Shown: in pieces, positions 1-8,747 of the stretch
Numbering within the stretch: the first letter of the stretch is position 1
How the letters are laid out: each line of letters starts with the position of its first letter
Assembly: GCF_000315625.1 (NCBI RefSeq)
Contig: NW_005434397.1
Coordinates: 1-35,237, forward strand
Reading direction: 5' to 3'
DNA: 35,237 nucleotides
Source of the DNA: Guillardia theta CCMP2712
Taxonomy: Eukaryota; Protista; Cryptophyta
Translations under genes and position numbers: made by a program
Notes under the pieces: model-generated
Told to the model about the DNA's origin: nothing
The model's input: only the letters and a program-made list of their open reading frames with translations
Databases searched by the model: none

Positions 1-3000
1 TCGAGGGCCTTCAACGAGGAACTGCAGAACACAGGTCTATCCGCTGCGGACATGCAGACCCTCGCATCCAGCATCAACACCTACGAGCAGCAGTATATCG
101 ACACCTTCCAGATGACTCTCAACGACAGGCGCAACCTGCAGACGGTGTCGATCCTCGGTGGAAGGCTCGGGGAGGGCCTCCTAGCAGGGACGACGCTGGG
201 GAGCAACGAGCACGCCGATGCCCTCCTCGACTACTGGCCAAGCCACTGGATCCACCCGACGGGTTACCATGTCACCACCGGCTGCCGGCACACGGAGACG
301 GCATACAGGGCATTCGACACCTGGATGTCCGTCGATTACGACACTGCCACCGACGAGCGCTACCTTGTGCTCGACACGCGGAGACTGCAGAACGAGACGC
401 TGCTTCGCAATTACTTTGGTGCCGCCTCCACCTGCAGCTCGGCATCCTACGGCATGCCCATGTGGGAGACCAACAACGTGAGGCTCCAAAGCCGATGGGC
501 CAGCGGGCAGAGGATGGATCCCACACAGCCCATCAAGGCGGACACCGCCCCCTCTGGCACCTTTGTGCAGTCCACGGCTGCAACGAGCTGGAGCGATGTC
601 CCAAGCAACGGCCGGCAGTCGGACCAATCCTTCCCATCGTCGGGCATGCTATACCGCTGGTGGCCAGGCATGCTCCCAGCGGTATCCTGGCCCCAGTCGA
701 GCACCGACCTGCAGCGCTACCGCCTCCCCAATCACACGGCGGTGGGATGGAACGGGGACTGCGGCCAGACCGACTTCTTTACCTGCACCGCGGACGGGGA
801 CTGCGTCTCACTCTATGGGGAGGGTTTCAAGTGCCTGAGGGCATGGTCGGACGCGGAGGGGAAGGAGATGGACGGGGTGTGCGTAGTGCAGAATGCATTG
901 GCAATGGAATGCTACCAGAACTATCACTGCGGTGCTTCCGGAAGGGTCTGCACCGGCATGGGAACCTGTGTGGATCCGCACGTCATGCTGCGGAACTACG
1001 CCCCGTGGCCCGTGGAGATGCATGTCAATTCGGAGGCATGCGGCACGGAGACCCTCGGTCATTCACCCTGGCAGAACTCGCAGGACTTCCTCTCCCGGCA
1101 CGGGCTCTGCGGCTTCCGCTCCTGGTTCGAGTACGAGCAGCTGATCGCCCGCTCCGGGGTTGCGGGTGCTGCAACAGCGACACTGGCAAATATCCCCGAT
1201 GACATCCAATGGCCCAGCACAGACCCATACCTCACCGACGCGCAGATACGGCTCGACATGTTCGACCGCGGGATCCTGAAGATGGAGCCTCACACCTGCG
1301 ATATGGACTACCAGTTCCAGTTCCCATCCTGTGTCGGCAATCCATCCACCACCGTCGACGGCCTCGGGATCCCCTTGCCGGTGGAGGCACAGGGGGAGAC
1401 TACCAGGACCTGGGTCTCGTCGGGTGACAACAAGTGGTCCCTGCAGCTCTGCAAGCTCGGCAGCCTGGAGAGGAAGAGGACGGGATTCCTGGCCCCTTAC
1501 CAGGGGTACAACCGTGAGGACTCCTTTGGGAACATATCCCTCTCCCTCTCCATGTGCTCCGAACTGCAGATCTGCTTCTTGCAGGACTTCTATGTCATGG
1601 GATACAAGATGCAGGGCAGGCTGATCAACAGGCTCAACCTGCAGAACCTTGGCACGAGGAGGGATGCCTACACCCTGCAGGATGCACTGTATTGCGGCAG
1701 TGCCGGATATCTTGTGGATCTGTCAACCTCCTCCACAACCCTGACGGATGGGGTCCCATGCCGTATGGACCCATTGACCAACCCCATCGCGCGCATGCTA
1801 TGCGAGGACTACGACGTCCTCAAGGCCTCCTGTCAGTTCAATCCTTCGTACATCAACGAGCAGGCAGTAGGCACCCTCTGCCGCTACTACAAATACAGCT
1901 ATGCATTGGCAGACCGGAACAAGGTGGCAAGCGCGCTGAACGATATCCTGCTCCGTGGTTTCAAGCGAGGTTTCAACACCTGGGAGGAGTACCAGCAGCA
2001 AGCAGTGTGCATCGCGAATGTGTACAATACGATGTCGCTCTACGCGCAGTCCGAATCAACCAACGAGGCAACACAGTGGTATGCATACGAGTTCGAGCCC
2101 GGGGTGCCCACCTACTTCTACCCCTACATGACGCTGTACTTTTATGATGACGCCTCACAGATGGAGATCCCGATGAAATGGTGGGCGCAGTGCGTCATTC
2201 TAGACGGCGACGTGAACATCGACGGCATGATCGCCGGCAACATCGATCAAGTGCCCTGTGCGGGCTGGAAGAACTCACACACCGCGGGCTATCAACCATC
2301 GACGGTGAGGCAATTCCTGATGATGGCCAATGCGCTGTACTTGCAATCATCGAGGCGGGCGGTGGTGAACCAAGACCAGATTGCCCTCAGCATCTACGAC
2401 ACGCTGTACTCGAAGCTGCTCCAAGCGCAGGCCGACGTCACGGCAGCGATGGGCTATTCCTCGCACCCTGAGTACATCAACCTGACTTACGTGCAGCTGC
2501 GCAAGCTCCAGAGCCGTTACAACCACGATTGGGCGTACAACCAATACACCACCTCGAGCGATGTCATCTCCGACAGCACCAAGATCACCAACACGGACCC
2601 TGTCTATCAGGACGACGGCGGGCTCCCAGCCGACGACGGAATCCCAGCGCTGCTCACCCAGGTCCTGCACTTCATCCTCAGCGGTGACATCAACCTGGGA
2701 TACGCCGCTGCCAACTCGGGGGTGAACCGCACGGCGAGGGCAAACCTGGCATTCCAGAGGGCGGATTTCGCGGCAGACTTCCTGTCTCGAGACAAGCAGT
2801 ACTTCGATGCCACCAGCGGCATCCTGCAGTACAACTTCCCGAATATCTTCCGGCGATTCCTAGACTCGGAGCTCGACTCGATCCTGTCCTCCGTGCTGCG
2901 TGAAGATGAGCCGCTGGAGGATTTTACCTACGGAGACGTGCAATACAACGGTGCACTGTTTCGAAGGTATCAGAGCCTCATACGGGACAACACGCTGCAA

Positions 3001-3975
3001 ACCACCGCATGCCTGTACAGCAACTTCCCCGGTTACGAGCCTGGGATCACCAAGAACCTGGATCAAGATCCCGAGGTTCGACTGTGTGACTCTGCGCAGA
3101 ACTGCCGTTCCATCAATGTCTGCAATCCAACCCCATCCTACGACCAACGCACGGGGCAGTCCTGCGATTTGCTTCATGCTTCGCAGGATGACAGGTGCAC
3201 CAACACGTACCTCAACGCCCCAGGGGTGAACGGTGGGAATAACATCTCCATGCAGACGCATTGCAAGCAGTTCCTCTTTGTGCGGGACATACAAAGCGCC
3301 GTCAACCCTTCGCTGGCCTCGGTGCAGTTCACAACCATTGATCTCGACGTCACCAACCCAGCTGGCGACATCTGCTTGCAACGTGGCACTTCCACATCGA
3401 CTGGCCCCAGGTTGGACCGCACGGACCTGACAGGGAACCGGCAGGTGATTGGCGGGTATATGGATTCGACGACGTACTCGCGGGTGTACGTCAACGGCAG
3501 GCCGGGGGACGCGACGGTGATCTCACAGATGGTCTCCTCGGCGGACGGCTATATCGAGGTTGGGGGGCTGTTCGAGGGGTACATTCAGGAGATCCTCGTC
3601 TTTAACAAGAAGCTGAACAGCTCGCAGACGTCGTCTGTCAATCAGTACCTCTCGAAGAAGTGGTCCATCAGCCCGCGCGTGATGGACTCGGACTCGGACG
3701 GCACGATGGACTGGTGGGATGCGGAGAGCGGGGCGATCCCGTGCCATGCGTGCCCTCCCGGCCAGCGCCTCTCTTACGGCACCTGCGTGTCCTGCGTCGC
3801 TGGCAAGTATGGCCCTCACGGGGACTCCTGCGCGTGGTGTCCGATCTCTTCCAACATCGTCGGCGCCTCCTCGAAGGGCCAGTGCTCCTGCGGGCCTGGC
3901 TACTACCGCTACTCGGCGGACCGGTGCATGGAGTGCCCGGCGGGGTTCTACTGCCCGGCGATGTGCAGCGGGTGA
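1..3975 (+). CDS. Giant Cys-rich extracellular/virion-type protein, 5'-partial (frame open from base 1); C-terminus has a partial LamG-like segment, a DxDxDG motif and short Cys repeats
   Basis: Frame 1 has no stop from base 1 to TGA 3973-3975, so the ATG at 52 is probably internal. Cys clusters (CTADGDC...C, CYQNYHC...CTGMGTC), LamG-like end motif FEGYIQEILVFNKKL..YLSKKW, DSDSDGTMD, and CPPGQ/CVAGKY/CPAGFYC repeats. AATAAA at 4024. Confidence 0.85.
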   Translation, partial: SRAFNEELQNTGLSAADMQTLASSINTYEQQYIDTFQMTLNDRRNLQTVSILGGRLGEGLLAGTTLGSNEHADALLDYWPSHWIHPTGYHVTTGCRHTETAYRAFDTWMSVDYDTATDERYLVLDTRRLQNETLLRNYFGAASTCSSASYGMPMWETNNVRLQSRWASGQRMDPTQPIKADTAPSGTFVQSTAATSWSDVPSNGRQSDQSFPSSGMLYRWWPGMLPAVSWPQSSTDLQRYRLPNHTAVGWNGDCGQTDFFTCTADGDCVSLYGEGFKCLRAWSDAEGKEMDGVCVVQNALAMECYQNYHCGASGRVCTGMGTCVDPHVMLRNYAPWPVEMHVNSEACGTETLGHSPWQNSQDFLSRHGLCGFRSWFEYEQLIARSGVAGAATATLANIPDDIQWPSTDPYLTDAQIRLDMFDRGILKMEPHTCDMDYQFQFPSCVGNPSTTVDGLGIPLPVEAQGETTRTWVSSGDNKWSLQLCKLGSLERKRTGFLAPYQGYNREDSFGNISLSLSMCSELQICFLQDFYVMGYKMQGRLINRLNLQNLGTRRDAYTLQDALYCGSAGYLVDLSTSSTTLTDGVPCRMDPLTNPIARMLCEDYDVLKASCQFNPSYINEQAVGTLCRYYKYSYALADRNKVASALNDILLRGFKRGFNTWEEYQQQAVCIANVYNTMSLYAQSESTNEATQWYAYEFEPGVPTYFYPYMTLYFYDDASQMEIPMKWWAQCVILDGDVNIDGMIAGNIDQVPCAGWKNSHTAGYQPSTVRQFLMMANALYLQSSRRAVVNQDQIALSIYDTLYSKLLQAQADVTAAMGYSSHPEYINLTYVQLRKLQSRYNHDWAYNQYTTSSDVISDSTKITNTDPVYQDDGGLPADDGIPALLTQVLHFILSGDINLGYAAANSGVNRTARANLAFQRADFAADFLSRDKQYFDATSGILQYNFPNIFRRFLDSELDSILSSVLREDEPLEDFTYGDVQYNGALFRRYQSLIRDNTLQTTACLYSNFPGYEPGITKNLDQDPEVRLCDSAQNCRSINVCNPTPSYDQRTGQSCDLLHASQDDRCTNTYLNAPGVNGGNNISMQTHCKQFLFVRDIQSAVNPSLASVQFTTIDLDVTNPAGDICLQRGTSTSTGPRLDRTDLTGNRQVIGGYMDSTTYSRVYVNGRPGDATVISQMVSSADGYIEVGGLFEGYIQEILVFNKKLNSSQTSSVNQYLSKKWSISPRVMDSDSDGTMDWWDAESGAIPCHACPPGQRLSYGTCVSCVAGKYGPHGDSCAWCPISSNIVGASSKGQCSCGPGYYRYSADRCMECPAGFYCPAMCSG

Positions 3976-4023
3976 TTTTTAGGGTAGATTCGGGTGGTAT
4001 TTGAGACTATATGTTTGATTGTT

Positions 4024-4029
4024 AATAAA
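4024..4029 (+). terminator. Putative poly(A) signal AATAAA
   Basis: About 50 nt after the stop at 3975. Same arrangement at 10146, 28779, 29841 and 31687 on the minus strand. Confidence 0.55.
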
Positions 4030-4038
4030 TTGTGAGAA

Positions 4039-6843
4039 ATGTCGAGGTGGTGGCTGCTGCTGTTGCTTGCGAGATATGTCTCCCCTAGCATTATCGCATG
4101 GGACCAGACACATCAGTGCACGGCAAACACATACTTTTATTCCAATGATAACGGTGTGGAATATTCTGGGATCATGCCAAGATGGATGCGATGGTTGTTG
4201 GATGAAAACAACAATCGCATAACCAAATCCGCTTTTGGTGTGTATGGCAATGATCAGACCGTTGGCATGGCTGCGGTCTTTGATTCACAATCAGACGTAT
4301 GTGCAGCGACAGGTGGAAATAGCGGTTGTTCCCGTGCCTGTTTATCGAATTATTATGGTGTAGTGCTGGATATGACTGTGTCGGCTCATGTTAATTTTGT
4401 TCGATTCTACAGCAATGCAGACTGTACCATTAGCAGTGCAGACAGCACAGGTTTTGAAGTGTATGTCAGTGACCAATACACTGCTGAATACGTTTCGGCA
4501 TATTTATATGAAGCTGTAGCAAGTTATGCCCATTATTGTGGGCAAATTGGGGGGTATTCCAATGGATATTCAGATGTGAATTGTGATTGGACAGGGAGGT
4601 ATGTTATGGTGATCAAACAGCGAACAAGCGACTATTCTGCCACTTGGTTTTCAGAGATCCACCCCTACGGATGCTGGGATTGTGCCGAGGGAAAGTATTC
4701 AGGAACGGGAGCCACTTTGTGTCTGTCCTGCAGTGCCGGTCAATACAGGAACAGGAGCGTATCGGTATGCACGGCCTGCCCTCCATTGAGCTACAACCCT
4801 GTCTCAGCAAGCTCCTGTCTGCACTGCCCGCCGGGCAAGTTCGCGAGCCCCACGGCCACTGGCCTGACAGCATGCACACAGTGCAACGCCGGGTATACCT
4901 CTGGGACGGCGGCATCGGTGTGCTCGGCATGCACGGCGGGCAAGTATAGCGCGTACGGGGACACGGTTTGCAGCACCTGCCCCGGTGGTAGCATCACCAA
5001 CGCGGCCGCACAGGCAGCCTGTGTTGCTTGCCTCGTGGGAACCTATGCCACCTCGGGCAGCTCTGTATGCAGCGCCTGTGCCGCCGGGTACTACTCGGGT
5101 GCGAACCGGGCGTTTTGCACCGCCTGTGACATTGGGCAGACCTCCATCTCTCCGTTCTCGGCCTGCAGTGATTGTGTTCCGGGCAGCTTCAGCAGCAGCA
5201 CGGCGAGCAGCATCTGCAGGGCTTGCAGCGTGGGGACGTTTACGAATGTGACGAGGATGTCGTACTGCATGCTTTGCACGGCAGGCAAGGCCACCTACCC
5301 CACCAACGGCTATACCTCTGCCGGGTCCTTGACGACGTGTGCGAACTGCGCGCTGGGCTACATATCCGTGACTGTGCAGTCGGGCTTCTGCACTGATTGT
5401 GGCATCACGGGATACACTGCAGTGGTGGGTTCTACCGCCTGCCTGTCGTGTGATGCTGGGACCTGGAGGGTGACGGGGCGCTCCTCTTGTGATTCCTTTT
5501 GCACCGCGGGCAACTACCTCTGCCCTCAGGGTGACAGCCAGCTGTGCTGCGCCTGCAATGCTGGCAAGTATGTTGCGTATCCCAAGGCCGACTCCGCCAC
5601 CCATTGCCAGAACTGCACACCTGGAGGGTTCAGCGGGGCGGGTGCGTCGGTCTGCACAAAATGCAGCAAGGGGTATTACGAGGACAGGTTTGCATCCACT
5701 GCCTGCAAGGGCTGCGAGAATGGCAAGTACGCCGCCTTGACTGGGACGATCCAATGCAACGGCTGCCCATCGCAGGCATACACGAATTCACCGTCTTCCG
5801 CCTGCTGGCTGTGCAGCCCTGGAACCTACCAGCGCATGACAAACGCGAGCTTCTGCTGGGGCTGCCCGAGTGGATCCTACGCGACAGCCTACGGGCAGGC
5901 CTCGATCTCGTCCTGCTCTGCCTGCGGCCCTGGAAAGTATGCGAGCGGGACCGGGCAGAGTGTCTGCAGCGCCTGTCCCCTGGGCAAGTACTCGGATGTT
6001 TCAGGGTCCGTTCTGTGCATTCCCTGTCCGCAGGGCACCTTTGCGGGCAGCACTGGCCTGACGGTCTGCCAGAAGTGCTCGGCGGGTTCTTCCGGAATAA
6101 TAAGCGCTACTTCGTGTCAGACGTGTCCCCTATACTCGTCAACTCTGCAAGATTCATCTACATCCCTGACCGATTGCAAATGTCCAGCAGGATACAGTGG
6201 ACCAGATCATAGTCCTTGTACAGCCTGCGCAGTCGGAGAATATAAAATCTCAATGGGATCTGATGCTTGTCAATATTGTCCTTCCCACAGTACAACCTTG
6301 CAGGTAGCATCCAATTCTTTTGAGGATTGCAAATGTATGGCGGGGTACACTGGACCCGATGGTGGGCCTTGCACAGCCTGCCCAGTCGGAAAATATAAAA
6401 ACCTAACAGGATCTGATGCTTGTCAATATTGTCCTTCCCACAGTACAACCTTGCAGGTAGCATCCAATTCTTCTGAGGATTGCACATGTGTGGCGGGGTA
6501 CACTGGACCCGATGGTGGGCCTTGCACAGCCTGCCCAGTCGGAAAATATAAAACCCTAACAGGATCTGATGCTTGTCAAAGCTGTCCTACAGGCAGTACA
6601 AACTCAGGACAAGCATCTACTTCTCTTGCATCTTGTACATGTAACAGTGGATATTGCAGTAATCCATTAATTTTATCAAGTTCAGGACAATCCCGAAATG
6701 TATGCCCAACCACTGAATATTGCGCACCATGTACTAATCGGTATTATTATTTAGTTGTTGGGATTACCTATTATTATCTTGGTTATGCATGTGGACATGT
6801 GTCTTGTTATAAACTGTCTGGCAGTGCGTGCACGATCAATTGA
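4039..6843 (+). CDS. Secreted Cys-rich repeat protein (934 aa): signal peptide, degenerate F-type lectin/F5-8-like domain, GCC2/GCC3 (ephrin-receptor-like) repeats
   Basis: N-terminal MSRWWLLLLLARY hydrophobic leader. F-lectin-like motifs GFEVYVSD...C...CDWTGRYVMV...FSEIHPYG. Many CxxCxxGxY repeats. Confidence 0.9.
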   Translation: MSRWWLLLLLARYVSPSIIAWDQTHQCTANTYFYSNDNGVEYSGIMPRWMRWLLDENNNRITKSAFGVYGNDQTVGMAAVFDSQSDVCAATGGNSGCSRACLSNYYGVVLDMTVSAHVNFVRFYSNADCTISSADSTGFEVYVSDQYTAEYVSAYLYEAVASYAHYCGQIGGYSNGYSDVNCDWTGRYVMVIKQRTSDYSATWFSEIHPYGCWDCAEGKYSGTGATLCLSCSAGQYRNRSVSVCTACPPLSYNPVSASSCLHCPPGKFASPTATGLTACTQCNAGYTSGTAASVCSACTAGKYSAYGDTVCSTCPGGSITNAAAQAACVACLVGTYATSGSSVCSACAAGYYSGANRAFCTACDIGQTSISPFSACSDCVPGSFSSSTASSICRACSVGTFTNVTRMSYCMLCTAGKATYPTNGYTSAGSLTTCANCALGYISVTVQSGFCTDCGITGYTAVVGSTACLSCDAGTWRVTGRSSCDSFCTAGNYLCPQGDSQLCCACNAGKYVAYPKADSATHCQNCTPGGFSGAGASVCTKCSKGYYEDRFASTACKGCENGKYAALTGTIQCNGCPSQAYTNSPSSACWLCSPGTYQRMTNASFCWGCPSGSYATAYGQASISSCSACGPGKYASGTGQSVCSACPLGKYSDVSGSVLCIPCPQGTFAGSTGLTVCQKCSAGSSGIISATSCQTCPLYSSTLQDSSTSLTDCKCPAGYSGPDHSPCTACAVGEYKISMGSDACQYCPSHSTTLQVASNSFEDCKCMAGYTGPDGGPCTACPVGKYKNLTGSDACQYCPSHSTTLQVASNSSEDCTCVAGYTGPDGGPCTACPVGKYKTLTGSDACQSCPTGSTNSGQASTSLASCTCNSGYCSNPLILSSSGQSRNVCPTTEYCAPCTNRYYYLVVGITYYYLGYACGHVSCYKLSGSACTIN
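6220..6579 (+). repeat. Intragenic 153-nt (51-aa) tandem repeat, about 2.4 copies
   Basis: Copies start at 6220, 6373 and 6526 (ACAGCCTGC...) and are near-identical at the DNA level. Confidence 0.95.
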
Positions 6844-7037
6844 ACCGCTTCTACAACGATCACGAGTATATTTTCCCTCACCGTGTACGACTGCGTGAAG
6901 TTCTGTCCCGTCCTCTGCACGCGCTGCCCGGCCAACAGCACCACGCTGGCATTCGCAAGCACGAGCGTTGCGGATTGTCTGCATCTCGCAAACCTGGTTA
7001 TTTAATGCAAAATCAGGGAATCGGGGAGAATGGCTAG
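6844..7037 (+). pseudogene. Decayed C-terminal remnant of the Cys-repeat gene, in frame after its TGA
   Basis: Reading on past TGA 6841-6843 gives TASTTITSIFSLTVYDCVKFCPVLCTRCPANSTTLAFASTSVADC... (stop 7003-7005). The expected continuation KPGY appears in a shifted frame. Confidence 0.7.
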
Positions 7038-7668
7038 CTACAGCATCGAGGACGAGCCGGAGAAGCTCTCGGACATCAAGCCGATCCAGTGCGTCTTCGT
7101 GTTCCGCAAGCCCATCTTCCCATCGGACCGCCTCATCAAGTTCTTCGCGGGGCAGTACGTTCACATGGAGCTGCTGATGTTCCTTCCGGAGACCCCGGCG
7201 GACAGCCCCACCTTCACGACCTTCATGGGGGAGAGGTTTGGCATGTCGATCTCGCTCAAGCGCTTCTACAACGACGACGAGTACGTGGGCCTCCTGATGG
7301 ATCTCAACGCCGAGGACGCGGCACACCTCCTGGATTACATGACGGCGCTGACGGACGCGGCAGTGCCCTACAACTTCATCGACCTCACGCTGCAGCCCAT
7401 CAAGCGCGTGCTCAAGACCTCACCGCTCTTCAACGACGTCGAGAGCAAGAACCCGAGGGACTTCAAGAAGGTCTTCTGCTCGCAGGCCTTCACTCTCGCG
7501 ACCCGGGATGTGATCAAGGACGAGAGGTTCGACAGGCTGGTGCATGCCCTGCATCGGGAGAACAGCCGCCTTGTCACGCCGATGGACTTCTACCACATCA
7601 TCAGGCCTTATTGCAGGACGGTGGACATGGATGAGCTCCGCAACCTGAAGCTCAAGCTCAGGTCATGA
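7030..7668 (+). CDS. Permuted papain-like (NlpC/P60 superfamily, YaeF/YiiX-type) amidase/peptidase, 212 aa
   Basis: Circularly permuted motif order: His (YVHMEL), then PYN, then catalytic-type Cys (VFCSQ), then VTPMDF. High GC3 codon usage. Confidence 0.72.
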   Translation: MASYSIEDEPEKLSDIKPIQCVFVFRKPIFPSDRLIKFFAGQYVHMELLMFLPETPADSPTFTTFMGERFGMSISLKRFYNDDEYVGLLMDLNAEDAAHLLDYMTALTDAAVPYNFIDLTLQPIKRVLKTSPLFNDVESKNPRDFKKVFCSQAFTLATRDVIKDERFDRLVHALHRENSRLVTPMDFYHIIRPYCRTVDMDELRNLKLKLRS

Positions 7669-8365
7669 CGGATCTCGACTTCTGCTGGCTCTCGACGTGG
7701 ATGGAGAGCTTGACGTGGAGCACGGCCTGGCAGAAGATGTCGTACCAGCGGCGGATGACGTCGTCGCTCTCCTGGAAGATCCTGCAGAGCTGGTCCACCT
7801 CGTCGGTCTCCTGCTTGGCCACCCACGCCCTCACCTGGTTCTTGACGATGTGCTCGATCTTGCAGCAGAACCACAGGAAGAGGATGAAGGGGGTGAATTT
7901 CTGATGAACGATGATGCAGGAGACCTCCTTCCCCTTCCTCCCGACCTCCACACACGAGTCCGACCTGGTTCCAGAGATGCTGCAGATGTGCCAGCCGTTC
8001 CGCCTCCTGAGAGGTGGCGTGGAGCTGCTCATGATCTCAACGCACATGCGGTAGATCTTGTCCTTGCCCTGCGTCTGCAGGTTGTCTACCAGTGTGTAAA
8101 CCGACTTGATCTCCGTGGTTACGTGCACGATGCTGTTGTGCACCTTGATCGCCCACTTCTCCGCGTTATCCTTGCACTGCGAGAAGTACCGCTTGTACTG
8201 GTTGTCGTCACCGATGACCTCGAAGGCCTTGTTGCAGCAGTAATCCTTGAACTGGTCGTACGTGCAGCTGCAGGAACACCTCTTGACGACGTCCTTGTCA
8301 ACATCCTCGTGATCGCACGTTGCATGCGCGATCGTGCACAGATCTGAGATGAAATCCGCGCTCAT
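7658..8365 (-). CDS. Hypothetical protein, 235 aa
   Basis: GC3-biased ORF with globular composition. Overlaps the convergent neighbour by 11 nt. No family recognised. Confidence 0.8.
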   Translation of the reverse strand: MSADFISDLCTIAHATCDHEDVDKDVVKRCSCSCTYDQFKDYCCNKAFEVIGDDNQYKRYFSQCKDNAEKWAIKVHNSIVHVTTEIKSVYTLVDNLQTQGKDKIYRMCVEIMSSSTPPLRRRNGWHICSISGTRSDSCVEVGRKGKEVSCIIVHQKFTPFILFLWFCCKIEHIVKNQVRAWVAKQETDEVDQLCRIFQESDDVIRRWYDIFCQAVLHVKLSIHVESQQKSRSVMT

Positions 8366-8446
8366 TTACACTGTAGCGGAACAGTGCCGGTGCGGGGGTT
8401 TGCAACGGCGAGCTTGGGGTTGTTTTTTTTTTGGGCAACGAACAGG

Positions 8447-8454
8447 TATAAAAA
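8447..8454 (+). promoter_or_regulatory. TATA-like box (TATAAAAA) upstream of the 57-aa ORF
   Basis: TATAAAAA at 8447, 37 nt before ATG 8484, in a divergent intergenic spacer. Confidence 0.55.
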
Positions 8455-8483
8455 CCACTCCCTCCCCGGGGTCCCAATCACCG

Positions 8484-8657
8484 ATGTCCACCCACGGAAC
8501 CCAGACCCCTGCTCAGGTTGGCTACACCACCCCTCCATCCTCTCCCCGCACGCAGCCGGTGTGCCCCAACGCGCCGCAGCGCCCAGTGAGGTACATGCTC
8601 CCCAACTTGGTTGGAGCCATGCATCAGACCGCGGCGCAGCACAACCAGCAGGCGTAG
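8484..8657 (+). CDS. Small Pro-rich protein (57 aa) with SIAMESE/SMR-like TP...CPxAP motif
   Basis: MSTHGTQTPAQVGYTTPPSSPRTQPVCPNAPQRPVRYMLPNLVGAMHQTAAQHNQQA*. Preceded by a TATA box and fills an otherwise empty gap. Confidence 0.6.
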   Translation: MSTHGTQTPAQVGYTTPPSSPRTQPVCPNAPQRPVRYMLPNLVGAMHQTAAQHNQQA

Positions 8658-8747
8658 TGGTAGGAAGGTATGACCTGTACTTGGCATGAGTAAAAAAAGA
8701 CTCGAAGAGAACCATTCGCAGCTTTGCATCCCCCCTTGCCAAGCCCC

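Noticed and set aside
4034-4043. 10-nt match (GAGAAATGTC) between the reverse complement of the common cassette and the start codon region of the 934-aa gene
   Set aside because: A 10-mer match is expected by chance in 35 kb on two strands, and the flanks do not extend.
6220-6843. Diversity-generating retroelement (TR/VR pair)
   Set aside because: Repeat differences are not adenine-specific, the copies are in-frame tandem units, and no reverse transcriptase is in the window.
6841-6843. Selenocysteine or alternative-code TGA
   Set aside because: Other genes end normally at TGA, the downstream segment is frameshifted, and no SECIS was recognisable.
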